Below, piece by piece: positions 39,801-46,864 of a stretch of DNA of 64,000 nt (positions are counted from its first letter, which is position 1; each line of letters begins with the position of its first letter). Location of the stretch: IMG/VR virus record IMGVR_UViG_3300032320_000315, positions 4,097-68,096 of that record; one strand, written 5' to 3'. The position numbers and the translations under genes are program-made. The DNA comes from a virus. Taxonomy: Duplodnaviria > Caudoviricetes. Below the pieces are notes generated by a model. The model saw nothing but the letters and a program-made list of their open reading frames with translations, did not search any database and was not told the origin of the DNA.

Positions 39801-40622
39801 AACTATACACGTATACAGATGAGCGGTGCCGCAAATGCAACCAGTACCACAGGTACAGGTAATAACATCACAGTAACAGCCACATCAGCGGCCACAGCCC
39901 TGTACGGCAGAGCATTGAGTACTGGTCGTAGCGATTTCTTAATCACTGACGTAGAAGCAGCCACAGCAGGTGTTGCCGCAGGTGATACACTGAGTTTGGC
40001 TACTTTCATTACAGGCGGACAGACTATCAGTACTATTACCAACACGTATATTAATATTGGCGGTACTAACTATACACGTATTGTTATGAGTGCCAATGCT
40101 AACAGCAACAGCACCAGCGGTTCAGGCAATGATCAAACTGTTACAGTTACGGCCGCAGGTTCAGCCGCTAGTTATACCAACAGAAACTTCTTGTTCTTTA
40201 CATCAGCATCGTGGTTGGCTTCAGGAGCCGCAGTGGGCACACGAGTAGCCAGTTCTGTAACACAGTTCCCAGCGGGTACAGCGGTACAGCAGATTACAAC
40301 ACGTACATTTGGTGCAACCACTGTATATCGTGTGACGTTTACGCAGACCACATCAGGAACACTCAGTGCCGCAGGTACTATTACATTCCAATTTGGTGCT
40401 ACCTACGCACTGCCTGGCGAACAGGTATTCTCGTTCATTGCCAACCCTGGCGATACAGCGGAATTGAGTTTGGAAGCATTGAAAGAATTGACTGCTACAG
40501 CAATAGGTGGACGCGGTACATTCCCTAATGGACCAGACGTCTTGGCCATCAACGTGTATAAGGTTAGTGGAACATCAACTCCTACAAACATTATTCTACG
40601 TTGGGGCGAAGCGCAGGCCTAA
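33834..40622 (+). CDS. Giant (2262 aa) virion structural / tail-fibre-like protein with internal repeats
   Basis: Long ORF, T/G/S/A-rich, three repeat families. Confidence 0.8.
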   Translation: MAKKQLKDYKFVPAVQPQPYNAYPKAVALLEANKDFIIAEALGYTDFGYNSPITAPTAYPNAIAQLTNNKEFIKEEANAWVQYQIDNDIAPFVNYTYNATVQAKCKRDIGYLIDAWLVDLTGGGNAETIRIARQYYLNGEAQLISPTQETAVYTFLKNLISSYVLADALSPTLQSPVVVAQNRAAGVGEAGGISRFNSLIDIVRNLITDGLTSLPSFSYNYSALYVGDTYNRTKCERDITYVLDSYIYDLKYGGNSLTTYVAGRYYVGGVIQLQNSGVEIATQTFIQNLINDYVFINKYHANYQTDVEQTVTANDAEATAESQFTYLSDIIIDTITSGTSNIPAVVAPDNQGGGLMPNAIALLEANKKFVLEETIAYIAYNVANNISPFLYFTYNTEKCRRDMSYVIEGYITDLKNGGNRQTWFNASRYYEGGVAVVDGSRQPEIYAHTFIRDLIENYIWNNVAFSNRQIVASQVIDNANIPEVFSNTRLKELSSTILEVIEYGTDYLPTEVSNRGYIKIPGFFKLKDFLLVTNTSRNTILYNFADPNAGGAVTYSEDYDSDFPGLLYGNDHITRLSFDADTSQHMVTDMIQIFVEGKEQQVRLNPIATDAMERMKVGIPQSMLDADFEYGLQPTKWQAIAMMRNYPSLYEIPGSDIAVTNVVSDASAGTSGVGASLITVTTQSSHGFAVGDPFTIKALANTVNGFSRAEGSFLVFGIPAANQFTYYAKSKVGSSNPSVLASTYTQLRRGGFYTNASVGSANFSVFSTGSSGSVTTTLITPSGTDVIGFTGTVPPVGAPITGTGIPTGAQITAVTGGGGTAASTQLLSNASIGANTVDVVSTTGISAGLVFNRGDGQAVIVTDVTGNTVSLSGALTSAILGTNQTYTNQSQSATSGSGSGALFNVSRSGTTYSASVTSAGNSYTAGDTITIPGANLGGATTANNATITVDTASDKNTVATLDQNSIVVSSGYNTLTGLATTAVTGTGTGLIVDINIDFNGSILNASVNTPGKDYQIGDTVTILAGFTRGRILTLNTGTLVGGTGYTDGTGFSTTSSGSGTGATVNIVTDGSGVITSVAINQIGSGYVAGEILTISSGNNDATIQVGTVDADGTVQIATVNLGGLIQSVSTAGTPITAPTQNFISAITINDITSQQIAASSTVSYSAIATIQVTFTTPHGFLPGNTITVAISSSGTGAQLAGGPFFVEQVPTATTIRYTARAPGTIDNTLVGVVYGRPDGFFIHRPFDGGVQLGTAGPAHGSTAIRMSKKYIRYQSGKGVMYNTGALFAPSYDIRTLTSTGTAIGSTITLTTDDTDHGCQVGGEITVIGVLTSGYNGNYTVTDIVNERVLRIVAQKVLGATSAILDNPCQMSVRKWHGATIRSGIFDDQNGMFWQYDGQRMAVVRRSSTFQCAGTIGIPANSNTITGTNTRFTQQLAAGDRVVIRGMTHIISAVESDTVCYCTPDYRGVSNLTEAKMLKTTDTIVAQENFNKDPLNGTGSSGYVLDVTKMQMIGIQHTWYGAGFIDFMLRGSEGDYVFAHRFRNSNVNTEAYMRTGNQPVRYEVINEGAKGVLTANMTDVQTTIPLTAEDCYYFPNSGTVIIDNELIRYTGRTDTALTGCVRGATLTQFVAGSQRNFTAGTAVAHAERTGVILVSNTITPNISHWGSAFMIDGQFDSDRGYIFNYAATGISASTDKNTAFLIRLAPSVSNAQIGDLGERELLNRAQLLLSSISITSDTVSGGGGIVVEGVLNPSNYPTDPTKITWGGLSSSASGGQPSFAQIAAGGSVTWSGNASTSTATIQGAFTTTLTAKSFAPATNTLTATSFSTTTVTGNAPAITSAQNATYQFAFSTTRSDFLIPQTTVSGWTSTIQTGDQISVATYITGGQRVQSITNNFITIGATTYARIVMTANANANSATNTAINNVTFRVEASVTYASALSTARSDFLVSDTQYTATTTAVNDVLSASTQLTGGQTVSSATTTYIRIAGVNYTRIQMSGAANATSTTGTGNNITVTATSAATALYGRALSTGRSDFLITDVEAATAGVAAGDTLSLATFITGGQTISTITNTYINIGGTNYTRIVMSANANSNSTSGSGNDQTVTVTAAGSAASYTNRNFLFFTSASWLASGAAVGTRVASSVTQFPAGTAVQQITTRTFGATTVYRVTFTQTTSGTLSAAGTITFQFGATYALPGEQVFSFIANPGDTAELSLEALKELTATAIGGRGTFPNGPDVLAINVYKVSGTSTPTNIILRWGEAQA

Positions 40623-41246
40623 AGCAAACTCACGTAACAGTTCTCCATGTTGGGCAGTCTTCCAATGTGGCCTAAGCCAGGTATAGTAGTCTTCATACCA
40701 GAACTGTTCTGCTTCAGGGTGACAGCCTATCAAGCCAATATGACCCTGTTGTATGGCCATGGGATCCCCATTTGCATAACGAGCCACAGTTTGGAACTTG
40801 GATTCATCACCTACCAGCGCACAGCCATCGTAGAAAAACATCTGTCGAGGTTGACCCTGCCAAGTAACGGCTAGGTGTTTGGCATGTGGACGCAGTGTGT
40901 CAGAGCCGGGCTGTGTGATATACTGTACAGCATCCACTGAATCCAGGATATCCAAGTAGTGCGATCCTGCCCAATAAGCACCCATACAGATGCCTAGATA
41001 CTGTCCACCCTGAGCAACGTGACGACGTATATCCTCACGATGATGGCGCATCAGTCTATGGAAACTTTCACTATCGCCTTCACCGCCAGGCACAGCCACT
41101 AGATCTATCTGACTCCAAAAGCCCTGTTCCACTGCTCTAGGCCCAAAGATACGTATGCGATAATCCCGACTCAAATACTCTAGCATTCCATTGGCGCACT
41201 GGACGGAGCAGTAGGGATCAGCAATGAATAGGGCCATTGTCTGCAT
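40596..41246 (-). CDS. BPL_N / class I glutamine-amidotransferase-like protein
   Basis: VPGG, YLGICMGAY, GLIGCHPE; start MQTMALF just after TAAATA. Confidence 0.75.
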   Translation of the reverse strand: MQTMALFIADPYCSVQCANGMLEYLSRDYRIRIFGPRAVEQGFWSQIDLVAVPGGEGDSESFHRLMRHHREDIRRHVAQGGQYLGICMGAYWAGSHYLDILDSVDAVQYITQPGSDTLRPHAKHLAVTWQGQPRQMFFYDGCALVGDESKFQTVARYANGDPMAIQQGHIGLIGCHPEAEQFWYEDYYTWLRPHWKTAQHGELLREFALGLRFAPT

Positions 41247-41286
41247 GAAGTATTTACCAGGGTGCGAGAGTCCTTGGCGGCGAAGC

Positions 41287-41308
41287 CGCGAAGCGCCAGC
41301 GCAAAAAA
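41287..41308. repeat. Left copy of 22-bp inverted repeat
   Basis: CGCGAAGCGCCAGCGCAAAAAA; exact reverse complement at 54927-54948. Confidence 0.85.
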
Positions 41309-41334
41309 TAAGGTGCATAATATACGCACCTTAT
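41303..41334 (-). terminator. Terminator downstream of pqqA
   Basis: ATAAGGTGC/GCACCTTAT stem followed by T6 on - strand. Confidence 0.7.
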
Positions 41335-41356
41335 CGGTCTAACTTAACTACAAGAG

Positions 41357-41428
41357 TTACTTGTTCATTACGTACATAGTAACTTCAAAACCAAAACGCA
41401 TTTCTGTCGCACTAGGTTTAGTCCACAT
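41357..41428 (-). CDS. pqqA: PQQ precursor peptide PqqA (MWTKPSATEMRFGFEVTMYVMNK)
   Basis: 23 aa; MW.KP start, GFEVTMY (E-x3-Y) core; AGGAG RBS; own terminator; missed by ORF track. Confidence 0.93.
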   Translation of the reverse strand: MWTKPSATEMRFGFEVTMYVMNK

Positions 41429-41531
41429 AGTATTTCTCCTTGTTAATAACAAATTACATACTGCACTAGTATGTATCAGTAGTATAACAGAAAATACCCC
41501 TCTAAACCCTACGTAAAACCATTAAAAGACA

Positions 41532-41807
41532 TTAGTGAATTGTTTGTTCGTCCCAGGCGGTTTCCAAAGCCATCTCAAGTATCATTTCATACTGTTCACG
41601 GTCATTAACGTCACATAAACGTTGTGTAAAGTGATTGAACATGATACCAGTGATTAAGTCTGGATCTATACCTTGTTCTTCTAGTCTAGCACAGAATGTT
41701 TCAAATGTCGCTTCTAACAGCGCCGCCGTTTCATCTTCTGTGAGTTTACTAAAGTCTTCTTTGGGTATTAGATCCTGCGGTTTCTGTACTTTACTGCGTC
41801 TAGCCAT
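41532..41807 (-). CDS. Hypothetical protein
   Basis: 91 aa; AAGGAGCGA RBS. Confidence 0.7.
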   Translation of the reverse strand: MARRSKVQKPQDLIPKEDFSKLTEDETAALLEATFETFCARLEEQGIDPDLITGIMFNHFTQRLCDVNDREQYEMILEMALETAWDEQTIH

Positions 41808-41897
41808 CTCTCGCTCCTTGAATGGGTTCCTGCAGAATATAAAAATTTCTGCGCAAAAAAAATTGCTAGGGTACTTACAACAATACCCTGGCAGTTT

Positions 41898-41972
41898 TTA
41901 CCAAAGCCAATGTATATAGATAAACGCTAGAGTCAGAGCTACTATTATCATTGTACATGTTGGGTATCTCAT
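41898..41972 (-). CDS. 24-aa hydrophobic peptide MRYPTCTMIIVALTLAFIYIHWLW
   Basis: ATG just after ATAAGTA late-like motif; single TM. Confidence 0.4.
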   Translation of the reverse strand: MRYPTCTMIIVALTLAFIYIHWLW

Positions 41973-41997
41973 ACTGTACTTATCCTAGATTGAATGC

Positions 41998-42165
41998 TTA
42001 TAGTGTAACATAGTAGCAGATGGCTGTCAACACAGCACACACGTAGATCCAACCAAATTGACTCCAGTGTGTGAGATCCCTGGCTTCTGGCAGTCGCACA
42101 TAGTGATCAAAGTCGGCATCATAACGAAACCGTCCTTTTGGCGTGTCTATAATGTCCTCTTCCAT
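41998..42165 (-). CDS. 55-aa membrane-anchored hypothetical protein
   Basis: MEEDIIDTPKGRF...WIYVCAVLTAICYYVTL; AGGA RBS. Confidence 0.55.
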   Translation of the reverse strand: MEEDIIDTPKGRFRYDADFDHYVRLPEARDLTHWSQFGWIYVCAVLTAICYYVTL

Positions 42166-42169
42166 GCTG

Positions 42170-42358
42170 TTATATATCCTCTACTTGTACACAGTGTTCT
42201 GAGAATTGAAGTAGGAATACTGTGTATACCGTGCCGGGTGGGATCCAAAAACGTGTGCGATTGAGGTGTACTTCGAACTGTAGCCCATGCGCTTGAATAA
42301 AGTCAAATACTGAGCCCAGATGGTGACTGCTGTTGAGTATGTAGTAATGGTAGGGCAT
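42170..42358 (-). CDS. Hypothetical protein (62 aa)
   Basis: MPYHYYILNS start within track ORF. Confidence 0.5.
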   Translation of the reverse strand: MPYHYYILNSSHHLGSVFDFIQAHGLQFEVHLNRTRFWIPPGTVYTVFLLQFSEHCVQVEDI

Positions 42359-42614
42359 GGTAGTATATAGTGTCTGGGCCGAAAGGGTCCTAGAAGGTTT
42401 GAAAAAATAGCCGCGTAAAAATTTAATATATAGGGTATTTTTATCGACCCCAGGTGATTCTGCAACCTCAAATTTTTTGTTAGCACTGTTGTAAAAAAGC
42501 AACAGTTTTTTGTTTTACTGCCTCTCGGTCAAAATCTTTCTAAAAAAATATATTCTCCCCCTCAGGAAAATTATTTCAAAAAAATATCCCCGACCGTTGC
42601 CAGTCTAGGGATAC

Positions 42615-42643
42615 GAAAAAACCGGGAGCGAACCAGTTTTTTT
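42615..42643 (-). terminator. Terminator-like hairpin with TTCGCTC loop
   Basis: AAAAAAC-TGG-TTCGCTC-CCG-GTTTTTT on - strand, after ATPase gene. Confidence 0.65.
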
Positions 42644-42658
42644 ACTACAGCCTTACAG

Positions 42659-43510
42659 TTAACGCATAAGGCTGATCTGCGCTACCCTACGCCACTTACC
42701 CTGGGGGAAACTACGCATAAGGTCTGCTGTCTTTAGTACTGTACGCAGGCTCAGCTCACGCAAACGCCGCTTGTTCTCATCAACGAACTCCACAAGCTCT
42801 GCTTGCTCCGCATCAGTAAACTCATACTCTGCTAACATACCATCCCCAACGATCTGACGGATGCGTAGCATCTTCTCACGCTCTGTGTGGATAGTCAAGT
42901 CAATGTAATGACAGCGTGACTCAAGAGCAGCCAAGTGATCCTGCAGTTTCTTGCTCTTGATGTTTTGGAAGTTGATGTTAGTAATAAAGATAGCACCACC
43001 CTTGAACTCGAAACTGTTGGGCACACCTTCACTACGGAGTAGTCTGCTGTCAGTGTTCCAATGGATGGTACGCTTCTTGCTAGTGTCCAGTGCGGCCTTG
43101 AGAATGTTCAAGCTCAAGTCATCTAACAGTACTGAGTCACAGTCATCGAACACTAGGATGTTCTTCTCTGCTGAAAACTCATAGAGCTTTGAGTACAAGC
43201 CAATAGCACTCATAGCGCCTTTGACAATCTCATACTTCTTGAGCTTTTCATCATTGGCAATATTAGCCATCAAGTCATGCTTGCCCAAGACTTTCTCTAC
43301 ACCAAAGCTCTTGCCCACGCCTGGAGCACCCGAAACAATCATAGCACGAACAGCGCCCTTCTTTACGGCACGTGTCATGTCATCAAGTATTTCAAAACGC
43401 TCACGCAGACGTTCAATGATCTCTGCATCTGTTTCTTTTGATTGGGCTGGAGTCTCTTGCTCTAGGCTTAGTACACGATATCCAGTGGGCTTGCTATCCA
43501 ATTTAGTCAT
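42659..43510 (-). CDS. AAA+-type ATPase
   Basis: Walker A GAPGVGKS, Walker B VFDDCD, IFITN, ALESR. Confidence 0.85.
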   Translation of the reverse strand: MTKLDSKPTGYRVLSLEQETPAQSKETDAEIIERLRERFEILDDMTRAVKKGAVRAMIVSGAPGVGKSFGVEKVLGKHDLMANIANDEKLKKYEIVKGAMSAIGLYSKLYEFSAEKNILVFDDCDSVLLDDLSLNILKAALDTSKKRTIHWNTDSRLLRSEGVPNSFEFKGGAIFITNINFQNIKSKKLQDHLAALESRCHYIDLTIHTEREKMLRIRQIVGDGMLAEYEFTDAEQAELVEFVDENKRRLRELSLRTVLKTADLMRSFPQGKWRRVAQISLMR

Positions 43511-43564
43511 TCGCTCTTCCTTAGTTGGTTAAAACATTTATTATAAGGGCTTTCGCCCTCGTTG

Positions 43565-43894
43565 TCAATCTAAACGACTGCCGCTGTATGCTGTCAGTCC
43601 CATGGCCTGTAGTGCTTGAGCCATTGCATCAGCGCCGGCTTCTTTGCAGTCGATGTTCTGTACACCCAAGCCGCCTGGGTTCCACATGCTCAAACAACGT
43701 GGTTTGTAGTCTTTGCGGAAGCCTGCCTTGATCAACTCTTTGGCCTGCTTTGAGTTGGTACGATCCACGTAGACATCTACCCAGGCAAAGCCACAGGCAA
43801 ATTGATCCTGTCCGTTCAATCGCTTTTGGAAGAACTCCTGGCTGGCCTGCTCTGCTAGAGTCTTTGCTGTTTGGATCTGTTCTGCTGTAATCAT
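43565..43894 (-). CDS. Hypothetical protein
   Basis: Own promoter plus GGAGCGAA RBS. Confidence 0.75.
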   Translation of the reverse strand: MITAEQIQTAKTLAEQASQEFFQKRLNGQDQFACGFAWVDVYVDRTNSKQAKELIKAGFRKDYKPRCLSMWNPGGLGVQNIDCKEAGADAMAQALQAMGLTAYSGSRLD

Positions 43895-43937
43895 AGTTCG
43901 CTCCTATTAATTAACTGTTGAAGTATATATTATAGAC

Positions 43938-44228
43938 TCAAGCCAACTCTTTGTCAACCACTGTGAGCATATTGGCTGGCACACGCCACAGACCCATGCC
44001 CGTATCCACTGTGACGTATTTGATAGCCACTTTGACTACGAACCCACGGGTCAAGCGTCCTGTCTTTGAGCTTGTGAATTCTACATTGTCACCGCGGCTG
44101 ATTGAACGTTTGACTCGCCGGGCCAACTGCTCGCGATTCCATTTGACTGCATCTATCATGCTGGACAGTTCTACATTGGTCCACGACTGCATCATGATTG
44201 CTTGATTGACTTGCTGAATAGTTAACAT
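43938..44228 (-). CDS. Hypothetical protein (SH3-like C-terminus)
   Basis: Own promoter plus GGAGCGAA RBS. Confidence 0.75.
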   Translation of the reverse strand: MLTIQQVNQAIMMQSWTNVELSSMIDAVKWNREQLARRVKRSISRGDNVEFTSSKTGRLTRGFVVKVAIKYVTVDTGMGLWRVPANMLTVVDKELA

Positions 44229-44284
44229 AGTTCGCTCCTAAGTTCGTTACAGTTTCTATAGTATAAGCTCAGTCCCTGAGTTTG

Positions 44285-44536
44285 TCAACCCCAGTCCTTC
44301 TTATCGCCGAAACGCTCATTGTACTCGTAGCCACGGAAGTATTCACGCAACTCTTTGAGGCTCATGTCCTTGCTTTCAACACGAGTACCCTTGTAGGTAC
44401 CTTCGGGATACCAGTGTGGCTCCTGTGGGCGACCATAGTAACTGTCTGCTGACCCACGATCAAATGGGCTACCGTGCCAAGTTTCGTATGTGACACCATC
44501 CATCTTGACAGTGCGTTTTTCCATTACATCAATCAT
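44285..44536 (-). CDS. Hypothetical protein
   Basis: HGSPFDRGSADSYYGR; promoter plus GGAGCGAA RBS. Confidence 0.75.
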   Translation of the reverse strand: MIDVMEKRTVKMDGVTYETWHGSPFDRGSADSYYGRPQEPHWYPEGTYKGTRVESKDMSLKELREYFRGYEYNERFGDKKDWG

Positions 44537-44628
44537 CGTTCGCTCCTTAATTTCACTATACCTATAGTATACTACCGCTCCGTCATTCTGTCAACCGGTA
44601 GTGACCGGTGTGTTGCATAAAAACAACA

Positions 44629-44703
44629 TGGTCCGCCCTCCAGGAATCGAACCTGGATTGATCGCTTAGAAGGCGATTGTTCTATCCGTTGAACTAAGGG
44701 CAG
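44629..44703 (-). tRNA. tRNA-Arg(TCT)
   Basis: Cloverleaf, TTCGA T-loop, encoded CCA. Confidence 0.92.
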
Positions 44704-44704
44704 A

Positions 44705-44789
44705 TGGTGCGACTGACCAGAATCGAACTGGTACGACTTGCGTCGAGAGATTTTAAGTCTCTTGTGTCTACCTATTTCACCACAGTCGC
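44705..44789 (-). tRNA. tRNA-Leu(TAA)
   Basis: Long variable arm, encoded CCA. Confidence 0.92.
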
Positions 44790-44793
44790 AATC

Positions 44794-44871
44794 TGGTGGG
44801 CCCTCCGTGAGTCGAACACGGCACCAATGGATTATGAGTCCACTGCTCTAACCAACATGAGCTAAGGGCCC
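44794..44871 (-). tRNA. tRNA-Ile2(CAT) (less likely Met)
   Basis: CAT anticodon; GGGCCCTTAGCTCA 5' end typical of Ile2; CCA. Confidence 0.85.
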
Positions 44872-44878
44872 TTGTGGT

Positions 44879-45007
44879 TTACTTAGCCGCTTCCTTTGCT
44901 ACTTCTTGAATTTTAGATTTGCCGTTGTCTAGGATGTTGGCAATGCCTGAGAAGCCAACTGTGAAGAAGATACCGCCGGCGATGAATGTTACGATGTATT
45001 TTATCAT
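44879..45007 (-). CDS. 42-aa membrane peptide
   Basis: MIKYIVTFIAGGIFFTVGFSGI...; GGAGCG RBS, own promoter. Confidence 0.65.
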   Translation of the reverse strand: MIKYIVTFIAGGIFFTVGFSGIANILDNGKSKIQEVAKEAAK

Positions 45008-45079
45008 GACACGCTCCTTTACTGTTTGTTAAAGTATAACACCAAAAGGGCCTGTTGTCAAGCCCCTTGGATGCGTACC

Positions 45080-45442
45080 TTAGAACGGTGCGTCTTCGTC
45101 TTCTGCAGGAGTTGTAACACGAGGAGCCACTGCCTTGGCGGGCTTCTTAGTTACTGCCTTCTTGACTGCTTTCTTGACTTCGACTTTAGGAGCACGATCG
45201 TGCTTAGTCAAGTACTCCGCAATGGCTGTCTGCGCATCTGCATCAGAGAACTCAGGGAGAGTTGCGATGAACTTTGCAGCCTCAGTCTTGAGCATAGAAT
45301 CTGCAAGTTCCACGAGACGAATGTCTTCGTGTCCGCTTTTGGCGAGGTTTTTAACTCGCATAACATCATTGGCGAAGCGGATCTTGTAGTCGCCGTTGAG
45401 TTTAGAAACACCTGCTACTGTAAACGTTTTATCAGTTGCCAT
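45080..45442 (-). CDS. Hypothetical protein with histone-H1-like K/A/P tail
   Basis: VKKAVKKAVTKKPAKAVAPR. Confidence 0.7.
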   Translation of the reverse strand: MATDKTFTVAGVSKLNGDYKIRFANDVMRVKNLAKSGHEDIRLVELADSMLKTEAAKFIATLPEFSDADAQTAIAEYLTKHDRAPKVEVKKAVKKAVTKKPAKAVAPRVTTPAEDEDAPF

Positions 45443-45538
45443 AATTAATTGCCTTTCAAAGTTTAAAAAATTGCCTTATGCCAATTTCTTAGCATGTCCT
45501 TATTATAGTACCGAAGTACCAATTTGTCAACCACTTTC

Positions 45539-45718
45539 TTACGATTGGTTGTCCAAAATCTGCATCATTCGGACGCCACACCACATCACAGCACAGCCCA
45601 AAAAGCTCAGCAGGGTCGCTGTAGCCAATTCCGTGTCTGTGATGCTGTTTTCAATACCGCCCACTCCGCCCATAGTAAGCAGGAGTCCTGTGATCATTAA
45701 GAAGGTTGCTGAGTTCAT
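45539..45718 (-). CDS. 59-aa two-TM membrane protein
   Basis: ATGA-coupled to upstream gene; two hydrophobic segments. Confidence 0.6.
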   Translation of the reverse strand: MNSATFLMITGLLLTMGGVGGIENSITDTELATATLLSFLGCAVMWCGVRMMQILDNQS

Positions 45719-45840
45719 TGTGCCTGTCCTTTGTGTTTGGATTTACGAGTATAAGCCTTTTTGTTCTTTACAACCTTTTGCTTGAAAGGGCTGTCCTTGT
45801 GGAACAGAACAAAATGGGCACGGGTTGCCTTTAGTTTCAT
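45715..45840 (-). CDS. ArfA-like (alternative ribosome rescue factor) peptide
   Basis: LFHKDSPFKQKVVKNKKAYTRKSKHKG resembles ArfA [27 protein letters not shown]. Confidence 0.55.
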   Translation of the reverse strand: MKLKATRAHFVLFHKDSPFKQKVVKNKKAYTRKSKHKGQAQ

Positions 45841-46037
45841 TTTGAGCCTCTTACTTTGTTTCATAATACAGTTATTATACAACCAAAAGTCCAAAATGTC
45901 AACCAAAAGATTGTTGTAAAAAAGCCACAGGGTTTTGGTAAGTCTCAGTGGCATCGACTAGCAGGTTTCGTAGAGGGTTTATATAGCGGCGGACTTATAG
46001 TCTGCTCTACGGGAACGCACTTGTCCCCTCCCGCTTG

Positions 46038-46160
46038 TTACTCTTCTTCAGTCTCTTCCTCGCTGGGCGGATAGAACGCTACACTGACTCCGTCAAAGCC
46101 TTGTAGGCTATCGACTTCATACTTCACTGGGCAGGAAGCAAGCCATGTCCAAAAGTCCAT
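46038..46160 (-). CDS. 40-aa acidic peptide
   Basis: TAATG-coupled; MDFWTWLASCP...EEETEEE. Confidence 0.55.
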   Translation of the reverse strand: MDFWTWLASCPVKYEVDSLQGFDGVSVAFYPPSEEETEEE

Positions 46161-46864
46161 TACTTGTTTTCCTTGTTCAGAGATTGGCCGATGTCTTGCA
46201 GTTGCTCTGTGAGGCCCGTGGCATCTTCTTTCAATGATCCGCCACCAATCACAACGCCACCTGCGGCTTCCAGTTGATCCATGATGTTATCGGAGTCATC
46301 TTCTGCGTTATCTTCTTCCCATTCGCGGATGCTTTCGCTGATGCACATACACTCGTCGATCTCTGGGTTGATCTCTTCGGCTATTTGATCAGCAGTCATA
46401 CCGTCGAGTTCATAGTAGTCATCACCGTTCTCATCGAACAGGCCAGCGAAGCACATACCTGATTCCCAATAGATGAGCTTGACCCGAAAGCCCAAGTCCA
46501 TGAACTTCTCCATGGCGGCCACAGGCGGTGCCCAGGCTGAGTCAAAACTCATGCGGAGAGCATTAGGACCATCTTCGGTGATCATACCGTCATCACCACC
46601 TACATCCCACTTGGTGCCCCACTCGTTGACGCAGTAGTCATACCAGTTGCCATAGCCATGAACCTCTAGGTTACGGGCTGTGTCCTCTTCGAGCTTCTTC
46701 TGCTCGTCCGGGTCACCCACAGAACCTGCTACGATATGCAGACTCTTAGGCACTGGGCAGAACTCATCAAGCAAGCGACCATCAACATAAGCCTTCTTGG
46801 CCCTCTCGATCATCGCTGGATCTTCATGCTCAAGTTCCAAATAGTTATTGCACCAATTAGGCAT
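46160..46864 (-). CDS. DUF1281/YubB ferredoxin-like family protein
   Basis: MPNWC.N, WY.....WGTKWD, F.SAWAPP, Y.E.GM.F.G. Confidence 0.75.
   Translation of the reverse strand: MPNWCNNYLELEHEDPAMIERAKKAYVDGRLLDEFCPVPKSLHIVAGSVGDPDEQKKLEEDTARNLEVHGYGNWYDYCVNEWGTKWDVGGDDGMITEDGPNALRMSFDSAWAPPVAAMEKFMDLGFRVKLIYWESGMCFAGLFDENGDDYYELDGMTADQIAEEINPEIDECMCISESIREWEEDNAEDDSDNIMDQLEAAGGVVIGGGSLKEDATGLTEQLQDIGQSLNKENK

Noticed and set aside
39380-40150. Diversity-generating retroelement acting on the fibre C-terminal repeats
   Set aside because: Repeats are divergent protein-level duplications, not adenine-specific TR/VR pairs; no reverse transcriptase in the window
860-40591. Numerous short antisense or alternate-frame ORFs in the ORF track overlapping core genes
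   Set aside because: No RBS or promoter and fully nested in well-supported genes; shadows of codon bias
42400-42600. A/T-tract-rich non-coding stretch as an origin unwinding element
   Set aside because: Only low-complexity A/T runs and one operator; not enough evidence on its own
45935-45975. Hammerhead ribozyme (GAAAC...GUC...CUGAGA) or tRNA-like element (TGGT start)
   Set aside because: CUGANGA is one base short, stems I and III cannot form properly, and no cloverleaf or anticodon arm is present
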